NCBI GenBank assembly: GCA_020847075.1
Contig: JADLCS010000057.1
Coordinates: forward strand, 21,052-85,051
Reading direction: 5' to 3'
From: Gammaproteobacteria bacterium
GTDB taxonomy: Bacteria > Pseudomonadota > Gammaproteobacteria > SZUA-140
Length of the DNA: 64,000 bases
Made by a program: the position numbers and the translations under genes. A model generated the notes under the pieces. The model saw only the letters and a program-made list of their open reading frames with translations, ran no database searches and had not been told where the DNA came from. Of the stretch, positions 1 to 9,447 are shown in pieces (within the stretch, counting starts at the first letter, position 1; every line of letters starts with the position of its first letter).

Positions 1-1
1 C

Positions 2-922
2 GGCGCCGTGCAGCGCGCCGGTCCCGCGGTGGTGGGCATCTATACGTCCACCTCCGGCCGCAACGAGGCCGACCGGACGGCCGGCGATCGCGGCGGCGCC
101 GGTTCCGGCGTGGTGGTGACGCCCGATGGTTATCTGCTCACCAATGAGCATGTCGTGCAGCATCAGGAGCGGGTGCGGGTTTCGTTCGAGGACGGGCAGA
201 GCGTGGACGCGCGGGTGGTCGGGCGCGATGCGGCCACCGATCTCGCCGTGGTGCGGGCCGAGGCCACCTCGCTGCCGTATGCCGAACTGCTCGATTCCGC
301 GCGGCCCCGCGTCGGCCAGCTCGTCGTCGCGGTCGGAAACCCTTATGGCTTCGAGTCGACGGTGTCGGCGGGCGTCGTCAGCGCGCTCGGGCGTTCGCTG
401 CGCAGCCGCCATGGCCGTTTGATCGAAGGGATCGTGCAGCATACCGCGGCCCTCAATCCGGGAAATTCCGGGGGGCCGCTGGTGGATGCCTCCGGCGGGA
501 TCGTCGGGATCAACACCGCCATCATCGCGCTGGCGCAGGGCATCGGTTTCGCCGTCCCGGCCGCGACGGCGGAATGGATCTTGAGCGAGATCCTCGCGCA
601 TGGTCGCGTGCGCCGGGTGTATCTGGGCATCGCGGGGCGCGATCGTCCGCTCGATCGCCGGCTGGTACGCGCGCTCGAGCTGCCGGTGGAACGCGCCTTC
701 GAGGTCGTGGGGCGTGAACCGGACAGTCCGGCCGTGCGCGCCGATCTTCGCCTGGGAGACCTAGTCATCGGCGCGAACGGGACACCGATCGACGGGGTCG
801 ACGCCCTGCATCGTTTTCTGACCCGCTGGCCGGTCGGCGCCTCGCTGAATCTGCAGGTGCTGCGCCGGACGCAACGCGTCGGAGTGGCCCTGACCCCCGA
901 ACCGCAGCGTACCGGGTCCTGA
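2..922 (+). CDS. HtrA/DegS-family serine endoprotease, 5'-truncated at window edge (trypsin-like domain plus a single PDZ)
   Basis: Catalytic His in TNEHVV, Ser motif GNSGGPLVD, C-terminal PDZ-like segment (LGDLVIGANGTPIDG). The gene begins upstream of the window. Confidence 0.8.
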   Translation, partial: GAVQRAGPAVVGIYTSTSGRNEADRTAGDRGGAGSGVVVTPDGYLLTNEHVVQHQERVRVSFEDGQSVDARVVGRDAATDLAVVRAEATSLPYAELLDSARPRVGQLVVAVGNPYGFESTVSAGVVSALGRSLRSRHGRLIEGIVQHTAALNPGNSGGPLVDASGGIVGINTAIIALAQGIGFAVPAATAEWILSEILAHGRVRRVYLGIAGRDRPLDRRLVRALELPVERAFEVVGREPDSPAVRADLRLGDLVIGANGTPIDGVDALHRFLTRWPVGASLNLQVLRRTQRVGVALTPEPQRTGS

Positions 923-1032
923 GCCATTCGCCGTGTCCGGGCATCGGGCGGATATCCCACCAGGCCTGCCCCGGTTTCCCGATATCTATTCCAATTAGCT
1001 GATTAAAAATTGAATTTTAATTTTTCTTGAAT

Positions 1033-1047
1033 GTTCTCCAAATGTTC
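1033..1047 (+). promoter_or_regulatory. Direct-repeat GTTC-N7-GTTC (ATGTTCTC x2) about 40 bp upstream of lexA; candidate SOS/LexA operator of the alphaproteobacterial type
   Basis: Sequence aatGTTCtccaaatGTTCtct sits immediately upstream of the lexA start. The established alphaproteobacterial LexA box is GTTC-N7-GTTC. No CTGT-N8-ACAG is present. Confidence 0.5.
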
Positions 1048-1085
1048 TCTATCTTGGGCGGAGGCACAGGATTCGAGGAGGCCGC

Positions 1086-1691
1086 ATGCTGACGCCCGCG
1101 CAACGGAAGGCCCTGGAGTTCATCCGTCGATACCGGCGCGAGCAAGGGGGCTGTCCGAGCCTGACGGAGATCGCCACGGGGATCGGGATCCGTTCCCGCG
1201 GCGTGGCCCATCGCTATGTGGAGGCGTTGATCGCGGCGGGTCATCTGCGCCGGCGCCCGGGCCGAAAACGCGGTCTGGAACTGACGGACGTGGATCCGGC
1301 GCATGCCTCCGCACCTACGCTCCCGCTGCTCGGATCTATCGCCGCCGGTCGGCCGATCGAGGCAGTGCCGGGCGAGGATACGATCGATCTGACCGCCTTC
1401 CTGCTCGGATTGAACCGCTATGCCCTGCGGGTACGCGGCGATTCGATGATCGAGGCGGGCATTCTCGATGGGGATACGGTGATCGTGGAGGCCCGCGACA
1501 GCGCCGATGACGGCGCGATCGTCGTCGCCCTGATCGATGACGCCGAAGTGACGCTGAAACGCCTGAGGTATCGCGCGGACGGCAGTGTCCAGTTGAGCGC
1601 CGCCAATCCCGCGTTCGCGCCGATGATCTACGGTGCCGGGCGGATACGCATCCAGGGGGTGGTCGTCGGCGTCCTGCGGAGCTATCGATGA
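1086..1691 (+). CDS. lexA: LexA repressor
   Basis: N-terminal wHTH (LTEIATGIGIRSRGVAHRYVEAL), Ala-Gly cleavage region, S24 peptidase core (GDSM...K). 201 aa. Confidence 0.9.
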   Translation: MLTPAQRKALEFIRRYRREQGGCPSLTEIATGIGIRSRGVAHRYVEALIAAGHLRRRPGRKRGLELTDVDPAHASAPTLPLLGSIAAGRPIEAVPGEDTIDLTAFLLGLNRYALRVRGDSMIEAGILDGDTVIVEARDSADDGAIVVALIDDAEVTLKRLRYRADGSVQLSAANPAFAPMIYGAGRIRIQGVVVGVLRSYR

Positions 1692-2101
1692 GTATCCCCG
1701 GGCGGGTGCGCGGTTCCGGCCCCGGGCCATCACCTGTGAAGTGCGGCCTGTGAAGCGCATCGCCGCGGGATGCAATACATGGCCCGTCTTCCCGTCAGTG
1801 TGCTCGCGCGGTGTTTCGGGGATCCCGGCCGGCGTATCCGGTACAGGCGCCGGGGGCTGAATCCCGAGCCCGTCTACAGCGCCGTGTCCTCTTTGCTGTA
1901 TCTGTGCCCCGCTTCTTCAGGATATCCCTCGCCTCAAGCCCCGCGTCAGCCGGAAATTCAAATAATTAATTGAATTTATTTTATTTATTCCCGATCTGGA
2001 TAATATATGAAAATACTTGATTTATTCATATTCAAGGGATATGATTCATAAAAGTTTATATTTCGTATGATTCTGTCGGACGGATTTGTGCAGGAGGGAA
2101 T

Positions 2102-2242
2102 ATGAGCCGCTTGATCAAGAGATGGTTTTCCCTGAAGGCGGATCCGCGGAAGCGGACGGCCCGCGACGGCAAGGCTGGGCGGGTCCCCCTGATCGTATCG
2201 TTTGACGGGCGGGTGATGCGCCTGCGCCTGCCCGAGGGCTGA
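2102..2242 (+). CDS. Small hypothetical protein (46 aa) with strong Shine-Dalgarno
   Basis: caGGAGGgaatATG. ORF MSRLIKRWFSLKADPRKRTARDGKAGRVPLIVSFDGRVMRLRLPEG follows an AT-rich promoter-like island (1955-2100). It is below the 60-aa ORF track cutoff. Confidence 0.3.
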   Translation: MSRLIKRWFSLKADPRKRTARDGKAGRVPLIVSFDGRVMRLRLPEG

Positions 2243-2816
2243 TAGGCCCGTTTACGACATCGTTCTCATGGACCGGTCCCTGGCACACGGATGTGCATCT
2301 ACGCCGCGGCGGGAGACGCCGAACGGGACCCTTGCCAGAGGTATCGATTTCCATCGCATCGTTTAGTTTCCCACTCCCTCTGTCCCCTGCTCGGGATGAC
2401 CCGTTTCCTGCTGGAGCGGGTCTTTTTTTATCCGACGTCCTCACCCGCTCGTAAATGGTGCGCCGGATCATCCCGGGTCCCGCCATTGCCGAACGGATAA
2501 TATCCGAGTGCCCGATTAGGATATATCTGTTTAAATCGTTTGCGATTTCTGACGCTATCTAGTGTCGGGGGGCCGTATGTCGGCGGTAACGTTCATGACG
2601 GGTGGTATCGGCATTCGTAGGCCCATCCCCTGGCGCCTTTCCGATGGCCTTGTTTCAATCGGGATGTCGGGAAATCATCGCCGCTGACCGATTCCAGGGT
2701 ATATGATACGCCGCTCCGCTCATAGCGTATTCCATCGGCGGGCGGCAGTGATGTGGTATGGACAGTGCCGGAAGGGCCGGCCACATCCCATTCTCAAGCA
2801 AAACGGGTAAGACATC

Positions 2817-3839
2817 ATGAAGTACACGGAGTCTGTTGAGAAAAGCGCGGAATTTCTCCGCCTCGCCATCACACATATGGCGCGTCAGAAGGCCGGGTAT
2901 CATCCCCAGAGTTTCGCCGTCTGGTATGAGCATGTTTCCGGCAGCAACAATCTGCTGTCGGAGGAGTTGGGTCAGTTGCAGCAGAAAGGCATCTTGTTGA
3001 CCGATGAGATGACGGAGACCTTATATAGCAAATATGTCTCCGATTGTGATGCGGATGCCACCCAGCGCGTGCACGATGAGCTCGAAAAGATTCTGCGGAA
3101 TATCGTGGCGTCGACCCGGGAGGCCGGCGAACATTCGTCCCGATTCGATCACTCCCTGGAGCGGTATTCCGTCCAGTTGGAGGAAAAGCCCGAAGTCGAA
3201 AGTCTGCAGGGCGTGGTCAGGGCGCTGTTGACGGAGACGCGTTCCATGCGTTCGTCCCTTTCCTCTCTGGAACGGGAACTGTCCGAGAAGACGCGCGAAA
3301 TGGAAGGGCTCAAGGAGCAGCTGCGCCTGGTGCGGGAGGAGACGATCATCGATGCGCTGACCGGGCTGGTGAACCGGAAGGTGTTTCTCGAGCGATTCGG
3401 CTTGGCGCGCCATGTCCCCGATGCCTACGGAAATCTATGCCTCCTGCTCGCCGATATCGATCATTTCAAGACCATCAATGACAACTACGGGCATCTGCTC
3501 GGCGACAAGGTCATTCGCCAGGTCGCCCAGACGATGAATGCCACGGTCAAGGGGGGAGATACCGCCGCGCGCTACGGCGGAGAGGAGTTCGCGATCCTGT
3601 TGCCTAATACCTCGATCGAAAACGCGCGGAAGCTGGCGGAGCAGATCCGTCTGAAAGTGGAGCGGATCCGGGTTCGGCGGGCGGACAATGGGTCGACCCT
3701 GGGCGTGGTCACGCTATCGATCGGCATCGCGTGTTTTCGTCCGGGCGATGATGCCGACAGCATGATACATCGCGCCGATATGGCGCTCTACGCGGCGAAG
3801 AACAACGGACGTAACCAGGTCATGATCGAAGCGGAATAG
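2817..3839 (+). CDS. GGDEF-domain diguanylate cyclase with N-terminal coiled-coil/sensor region
   Basis: GGEEF active site (RYGGEEFAIL), inhibitory-site-like RxxD context, DIDHFKTINDNYGHLLGD. Confidence 0.85.
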   Translation: MKYTESVEKSAEFLRLAITHMARQKAGYHPQSFAVWYEHVSGSNNLLSEELGQLQQKGILLTDEMTETLYSKYVSDCDADATQRVHDELEKILRNIVASTREAGEHSSRFDHSLERYSVQLEEKPEVESLQGVVRALLTETRSMRSSLSSLERELSEKTREMEGLKEQLRLVREETIIDALTGLVNRKVFLERFGLARHVPDAYGNLCLLLADIDHFKTINDNYGHLLGDKVIRQVAQTMNATVKGGDTAARYGGEEFAILLPNTSIENARKLAEQIRLKVERIRVRRADNGSTLGVVTLSIGIACFRPGDDADSMIHRADMALYAAKNNGRNQVMIEAE

Positions 3840-3930
3840 GCGCACGGAGAGGGTCCGCCCGCCGGAGGCCGCCGCGCTTGATGTCCCGGATCGAGGCGTT
3901 ACAATACATCGACGCTCCGGTCGCGGTTCC

Positions 3931-4488
3931 ATGGAAGCCCCCCGCATGCCTGTCCGCAATACGCGTGAAACCTATGGACTGGTCTCCAGACTGCTGCATT
4001 GGCTGATCGCCGTGCCGGTGCTGTCGCTCATCCCCGTGGGCTGGTACCTGGGCGGGCTCAGCGAGGAAAGCATTCTCTACTGGCGTTTGCTGGAGTTGCA
4101 CGAAACCCTGGGCCTCGGCGTCTTCACGCTCATTCTGGCCAGGATCGGGTGGTTCCTGATAGACCCGAGCCCGGACCTTCCTTCCACGCTCCTGCCCTGG
4201 GAGCGCAACGCGGCCCGCCTGACTCATAGAGTGCTCGTCTGCGCGCTGGTATTCATTCCGGTGCTGGGTTTCCTGTTCGTCGCCTCCGACGGAGAGCCCG
4301 TTGAATTGTACGGTCTCGTGGCGATTCCCCCCGTCGGTCACTGGAGCAAAGACGTGCGCGAGACCCTGTTCGATCTACATGCCTATACGGCCTATGCCTG
4401 CGCGACCCTGGCGGCTGTCCACATACTGGCCGCGCTGAAGCACCATTTCGTGGATCGGAGAAGTTCGCTCCGGCGCATCGCGTTTTAA
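3931..4488 (+). CDS. Cytochrome b561 family (CybB-like) membrane protein
   Basis: Four predicted TM helices with conserved His (LHWLIAV, HETLG, HRVLV, HILAALKHH). Confidence 0.7.
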   Translation: MEAPRMPVRNTRETYGLVSRLLHWLIAVPVLSLIPVGWYLGGLSEESILYWRLLELHETLGLGVFTLILARIGWFLIDPSPDLPSTLLPWERNAARLTHRVLVCALVFIPVLGFLFVASDGEPVELYGLVAIPPVGHWSKDVRETLFDLHAYTAYACATLAAVHILAALKHHFVDRRSSLRRIAF

Positions 4489-5987
4489 TCCCGTGATCCG
4501 GCCCGGTCTTCCGGGGAGGGGCGCAGCAGTCGCCTGCCGTCCGCGGCGTACGCGACGAACAGGTACAGCATGAGACATAGTGTGGCGCTGGCCGGCCAGG
4601 GCAGGAGGCCCGCCGCGTTTATCGCGCCATGGGAAAGATAGAGGAAGAGACCGAGGCCGATATAGCCGAAGATGCGTGCGATCTCATAAGGCACGGGGTA
4701 ATGGCGCCGGCCGAGCAGATAGGAGATGGCGGCCATGCCGGCGTAACACGCCAGGGTGGCCCAGGCGGCGCCCATGTATCCCAATACCGGGACCCACCAT
4801 AGATTGAGCACGACGGTGACCGCGGCGCCCCCCAGCGCCACCCAGGCCCCGGTCAGGGTCCGGTCCGTCAGCTTGTACCAGATGGAAAGATTGATGTAGA
4901 TCCCGAGAAACAGGTTGGCCAGGAGCAATACCGGGACGACCGTGAGTCCGGCGCGGAAAGGCTCGCCTATGAAGTACTTGAAGACGTCGATATAGAGCGT
5001 CACCAGCAGGAAGATCAGCATGCAGAAGATGACGAAGGCCGTCATGACGCGGGCATACAGCGCCTTGCTGCCCTGTTGTTCCGCATGGGCGAAGAAGAAC
5101 GGTTCGCCCGCATAACGGAAGGCCTGGATGAACAGCGACATCAGGATGGAGAGCTTGTAGCAGGCGCTGTAGATGCCGAGCTGGGCGAGATTGGTCTCGG
5201 CGTCGTAGGGCAGGAGATATTTCATCAGGGCGCGGTCGAGCATCTCGTTGGTCACGCCGGCGAATCCGATCACCATCATCGGCAGGGAATAGCGCATCAT
5301 GCGCGCGAAGAGTGCGCGATCGAATCCGGCGCCGACGCCGCGCAGCAGGGGCAGGAGCAGCAGCCACTTTACTCCGCTGCCGATGAGATTGGCGATGAAG
5401 ACGTAGCCCACGCCGATCGCGGGGTCCCACAGACGCCCCAACAGGGAGGTGGGATCCTGCTCATAGGCGCCCCGGCAGAGCACGATGAAGAACAGATTCA
5501 TCGCGACGGTGACGACGATCTCGATCAGCTTGATTCCGGCGAAGCGCCAGGCCCTTTCCTCGGCCCGCAGGCGCGCGAAGCAGATCGCCGCCGTGGAATC
5601 GAGGGCCAGGATGGCCGCCATCCAGACGACATAGTCCGGGTGGTCGTCGTGGTGCAGGGCGTCGGCTATGGGTTGCGAACACGCGACGACGCCGAGAAAG
5701 AAACCGAGGTTGGCGACGAACAGGATGCGCTGGGCCGTGGCATAGGCGATGTCCCCCGCGATGTCGCTGGATTTACCGCGGAAGCGGAAGTAACCGGTCT
5801 CCAGCCCGAAGACGAGCAGTACGGCCAGGAAGCCGGTATAGGCGTAGAACTCGGATACCACGCCGTATTCCGCCGGTGAGAAGTAATAGGTGAACAGCGG
5901 GACCAGCAGGTAGTTGAGGAAACGCCCGAGGATGCTGCTGAGGCCGTAGACGGCCGTCTGGGAGGCGAGACGTCGCAGGGGGTTCAA
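4485..5987 (-). CDS. MOP-superfamily oligosaccharide/polysaccharide flippase (Wzx-like)
   Basis: 500 aa, about 12-14 TM helices, typical flippase composition. Overlaps the stop of the upstream cytochrome b561 gene. Confidence 0.65.
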   Translation of the reverse strand: MNPLRRLASQTAVYGLSSILGRFLNYLLVPLFTYYFSPAEYGVVSEFYAYTGFLAVLLVFGLETGYFRFRGKSSDIAGDIAYATAQRILFVANLGFFLGVVACSQPIADALHHDDHPDYVVWMAAILALDSTAAICFARLRAEERAWRFAGIKLIEIVVTVAMNLFFIVLCRGAYEQDPTSLLGRLWDPAIGVGYVFIANLIGSGVKWLLLLPLLRGVGAGFDRALFARMMRYSLPMMVIGFAGVTNEMLDRALMKYLLPYDAETNLAQLGIYSACYKLSILMSLFIQAFRYAGEPFFFAHAEQQGSKALYARVMTAFVIFCMLIFLLVTLYIDVFKYFIGEPFRAGLTVVPVLLLANLFLGIYINLSIWYKLTDRTLTGAWVALGGAAVTVVLNLWWVPVLGYMGAAWATLACYAGMAAISYLLGRRHYPVPYEIARIFGYIGLGLFLYLSHGAINAAGLLPWPASATLCLMLYLFVAYAADGRRLLRPSPEDRAGSRD

Positions 5988-6625
5988 GTGTCGGTCCGTG
6001 GCCTGTGCCTGGTCTGTCGTGAACGCCGGGGGCGGGTTGCCGGCAGTATAGGAGAATCAACCATGGGATCCAACAACGGGGCGCGGCACGGGAAAGATGA
6101 AAAAAACGCCCCGCGGGAGCGGGGCGATGAATTTATGCTAGGAGAGACGGTAGATATTCGGTGCAACGGCCTTTCCCGACGGAGGGGAGGCCGTGCGAAG
6201 CGATCAGCATCTGGCCTTCAGGCAACCGTCGCGCCGGTCACCGAAGGGGGTCAGATAGAGCCCGGGGACGATATATCGGACGGGTTTGCTGCGGATCCGG
6301 TCGCTGGAATCCTGCGTGGCCGCTTCGGAATGGCCGGCGTTCCGTGTCTTGTCCCCGTCCTGTTTCATTTTCGGAGGGTTCATGGTCGTGCTCCCTTGGG
6401 TTCAATGAACTGTAACGTGTAGGTAAAGTATATTTAATCGTATGAATAATGCAAGCGAAATATTAAGTTTTCTATTAAAATTAATATCTATTTGAATATA
6501 AATATTTTTTTTAGAGTTTTGCGTTGAACAGGCTCGCCCGGGCTGTCGATCCCGAGGAGAGGGCTGGGCCTTGCCGCGGGCGGGATGCCGGGGCTGGGGC
6601 AATGGCCTGTGAAGGGGGGACGCCC

Positions 6626-6784
6626 ATGGGTGTTTCCAACCCGGGGGGGTGTGGATCGGGTGCTGGATTCAAGCTTGGTTGCCGCTGCACGATAAGGTGT
6701 CTGCACTCTATGAATGTGCATAGTCGCGTGCCTATTGGGGCATGGAAGTCACGCAGAACTGCCCGACTAACGATCAAAGCTTGA
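6626..6784 (+). CDS. Candidate small Cys-rich protein (52 aa), or alternatively an sRNA locus
   Basis: SD gaAGGGGGGAcgcccATG. ORF MGVSNPGGCGSGAGFKLGCRCTIRCLHSMNV... ends exactly at an intrinsic terminator (6784-6813) and lies downstream of AT-rich island 6420-6520. Confidence 0.25.
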   Translation: MGVSNPGGCGSGAGFKLGCRCTIRCLHSMNVHSRVPIGAWKSRRTARLTIKA

Positions 6785-6813
6785 GCCCCGCCAAAACCGG
6801 GGCTTATTTTTTC
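6784..6813 (+). terminator. Rho-independent terminator (AGCCCCG ccaaaac CGGGGCT + TATTTTTT)
   Basis: 7-bp GC stem, 7-nt loop, T-tract. Seen directly in the sequence. Confidence 0.75.
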
Positions 6814-7190
6814 CTTTAATGATGGCGTGGACCCGGTCGCAGGCCTGCGTACGTCGTGTTTCCGCTCCGTTGCCTTTGTATCACCGGCCTGCATCGGCGG
6901 CCGCGTGCCCTTGAATCCGCCCCCTGTGCCCAATATGTCAGTAGAACCTCTCTCGAGGTGAGAGCGTCATCCCCGCGCAGGCGGGGGCCGGCGACTTCAA
7001 GCGATTGACGGGTAGAGATATTGGATCCCCGTCTGTGCGGGGATGATCTTTACCCATGGTTGATTTTGGGAGGAGATCCGGAAGACCGAGAGGGATGTCT
7101 CGTCGAGATTTCTCCGACGACGATTGATATCTTTGTCTCCCCGCCCAATCATAAAGACGGACGGGATCCACGGCTGGGGTGAGGCGGGGA

Positions 7191-8129
7191 ATGGAATACA
7201 AGGATTACTACAAGCTGCTCGGAGTCTCCCGTGATGCGTCACAGGACGAGATCAAGCGCGCCTATCGCAAGCTGGCCCGCAAATACCATCCCGATGTGAG
7301 CCGCGAGCCGGACGCAGAGGAGAAATTCAAGGGGGTCGGCGAGGCCTATGAGGTGCTCAAGGATCCGGAGAAGCGCGCCGCCTATGATCGCCTCGGCGCG
7401 GACTGGCATGCCGGCCAGGAGTTCCGGCCTCCACCGGACTGGGATGCCGGTTTCGAATTCAGCGCCGGCGGTTTTTCCCCGGAAGAAAACGCCAATTTCA
7501 GTGAGTTCTTCGAGTCCCTGTTCAGGCGCGGCGCGGGTGGCGCGCATCGAGGGCAGGAGGCGTTCCGAACCCGTGGACAGGATCATTTCGCCAAGATCCT
7601 GATCGGGATCCAGGATACCTATCGGGGGGCGAACCGGTCCGTGACGCTTACCGCGCCGGAACTGGATCAGCATGGTCGGCTCCACACCCGCAGCCGTACG
7701 CTCAACGTCCAGATCCCCAAAGGCATCCGGCAGGGCCAGCATATCCGTCTCGCGGGGCAGGGTGCGCCGGGGAGCGGCGGTACGGGCGATTTGTACCTGG
7801 AAGTGGCGTTTGAGCCGCATCCCTTCTATCGTATTGAAGACCGCGACGTATATCTGGATCTGCCGGTCGCGCCCTGGGAGGCGGCGCTGGGCGCGACGAT
7901 CCAGGCGCCGACGCCGGCCGGCAAGGTGGAACTTAAAGTCCCGCCCGGATCGGGCGGCGGGCGTACCCTGCGTCTCAAGGGCAGGGGTATTCCCGGAAAT
8001 CCGCCCGGGGATCTGTACGCGGTACTGCAGGTGGCGCTGCCGCCGGCGGATTCGGAACAGGCCAAGGCGCTTTATCGAAAGATGGAGCAGGAAATGAAAT
8101 TCAATCCGCGTGCCCGACTGGAAGAGTGA
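7191..8129 (+). CDS. cbpA: Curved-DNA-binding protein CbpA (DnaJ-like co-chaperone lacking a Zn finger)
   Basis: J-domain (DYYKLLGV...YHPD), no CxxCxGxG repeats, C-terminal DnaJ CTD. Followed by cbpM. Confidence 0.85.
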   Translation: MEYKDYYKLLGVSRDASQDEIKRAYRKLARKYHPDVSREPDAEEKFKGVGEAYEVLKDPEKRAAYDRLGADWHAGQEFRPPPDWDAGFEFSAGGFSPEENANFSEFFESLFRRGAGGAHRGQEAFRTRGQDHFAKILIGIQDTYRGANRSVTLTAPELDQHGRLHTRSRTLNVQIPKGIRQGQHIRLAGQGAPGSGGTGDLYLEVAFEPHPFYRIEDRDVYLDLPVAPWEAALGATIQAPTPAGKVELKVPPGSGGGRTLRLKGRGIPGNPPGDLYAVLQVALPPADSEQAKALYRKMEQEMKFNPRARLEE

Positions 8130-8133
8130 CGCC

Positions 8134-8442
8134 ATGCGGGAGAAAGAATCGATGGATATCCTGATCGGCGAGATCGTGGAAGAGGAGGCGACGCTCACCC
8201 TGGCGGAATTGTGCCGCGTCTGTGGCGTCCAGAAAGAATGGGTCAGGTGCCTGGTGGAGGAGGGCGTGCTGGAACCGCGCGGTCGCGATGAGGAGAAATG
8301 GAGCTTTCCCGGCATCAGTCTGCGCCGCGCGCGCATCGTCGTGCGCCTGCAGCGCGATCTGGGGATCGACCTTCCGGGCGCCGCCCTGGCGGTGGAATTG
8401 ATCGAGGAAATACGGTATTTACGCGGGCGGGGCGGTACATGA
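8134..8442 (+). CDS. cbpM: Chaperone modulator CbpM (MerR-like)
   Basis: About 100-aa protein immediately downstream of cbpA, with a MerR-like HTH (LTLAELCRVCGVQKEWVRCLVEEGVLEP). Confidence 0.75.
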   Translation: MREKESMDILIGEIVEEEATLTLAELCRVCGVQKEWVRCLVEEGVLEPRGRDEEKWSFPGISLRRARIVVRLQRDLGIDLPGAALAVELIEEIRYLRGRGGT

Positions 8443-8479
8443 GTCTCGCCGGCGATAGCGCCTCCACGTAGGGAAGAAC

Positions 8480-8914
8480 ATGGATCAGCAACTGCACATT
8501 GTGTGCCCGTCCTGTACGGCGGTGAATCGCGTGCCCGGGGCGCGTCTGGGCGAGCGCCCCGGGTGCGGGGCCTGTCACCGGCCGTTGTTCACCGGCCATG
8601 CGCTCGTGTTGACCGCGGAGAATTTTCAGAAGCATGTCTCCGCCAGCGATATTCCTCTGCTGGTGGATTTCTGGGCGCCCTGGTGCGGACCCTGCAAGAT
8701 GATGGCCCCCGCCTTTGAGCAGGCGGCGGCGCAACTGGAACCCCGGGTGCGGCTCGCCAAACTCAATACCGAGGAAGAACCGCAACTCGGCGATCAGTTC
8801 GGCATTCGCAGCATTCCCACGCTGGTGCTGTTCCGTCATGGCAGGGAAATCGCCCGGCAAGCGGGTGCCATCGGCGCGGCCGATATCGTGCGTTGGGTCG
8901 ACGCGCACCGATAG
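8480..8914 (+). CDS. trxC: Thioredoxin 2 (TrxC-type, N-terminal zinc-ribbon)
   Basis: N-terminal CPSC...CGAC zinc finger, WAPWCGPCK active site. Confidence 0.9.
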   Translation: MDQQLHIVCPSCTAVNRVPGARLGERPGCGACHRPLFTGHALVLTAENFQKHVSASDIPLLVDFWAPWCGPCKMMAPAFEQAAAQLEPRVRLAKLNTEEEPQLGDQFGIRSIPTLVLFRHGREIARQAGAIGAADIVRWVDAHR

Positions 8915-9045
8915 GGCGTCGTTCATGATGACGGCATTTTACATGCTAGAATCGCCGCTGTTCCTTGGTGGGGCGCAGTGTCAGCCGTTACCGTCGTTGA
9001 CGGGGATCTGTACCCCATTTGATCCATAAACATGAGGAGTGTTCG

Positions 9046-9447
9046 ATGAAAACGATGAGGCGCATGGCGCGCGGCGTGAGTTCCTTGCTGGTACTGACCT
9101 TCGTTTGCCTCGGCTTGCAGGCGCCGGCTCAGGCCGGCATGGTGGGGACCGAGGCGATCTTAGGCCAGGAGCAGGTCTCTGCGGAGCGGGCGCGTATCAT
9201 GGACGCGCTGGAGCGGGAGGATGTGCGGCGGGGCCTGGTCGGTCTCGGGGTGGATCCCCAGGCGGCGCATGACCGCGTGCTTTCGCTGAGCGATGACGAA
9301 GTACACCAGATGGCGGGTCGGCTGGATCAGCTCCCGGCGGGCGGCGACGCCCTGGGCGTGGTGGTGTTCATCTTCGTGCTCCTGCTCGTGACCGATATCC
9401 TCGGTTATACGAATGTATTTCCCTTCGTGAAGAAGACGGTCCGTTGA
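9046..9447 (+). CDS. Secreted/membrane protein (signal peptide plus C-terminal TM), partner of the downstream C39-like peptidase; resembles the PA2779-family
   Basis: SD GAGGAG. N-terminal signal LLVLTFVCLGLQAPAQA, C-terminal hydrophobic VVVFIFVLLLV. 4-nt overlap with the next gene. Confidence 0.55.
   Translation: MKTMRRMARGVSSLLVLTFVCLGLQAPAQAGMVGTEAILGQEQVSAERARIMDALEREDVRRGLVGLGVDPQAAHDRVLSLSDDEVHQMAGRLDQLPAGGDALGVVVFIFVLLLVTDILGYTNVFPFVKKTVR

Noticed and set aside
2282-2298. TGGCAC-acgga-TGTGCA as a sigma54 promoter upstream of the GGDEF gene
   Set aside because: GG-to-GC spacing is one nucleotide too long and it lies about 520 bp from the nearest start.
4684-5879. Overlapping 248-aa (minus) and 267-aa (plus) ORFs inside the flippase gene
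   Set aside because: Alternative-frame artefacts of a GC-rich membrane-protein gene; the 500-aa hydrophobic frame is the real one.
6520-6813. Identification of the 6520-6813 transcript as RNase P RNA, tmRNA or 6S RNA
   Set aside because: Manual comparison with the E. coli consensus sequences showed none of the signature blocks (GGAAAGUCCGG...AGGGCAG; tag peptide/TpsiC end; 6S central bubble).
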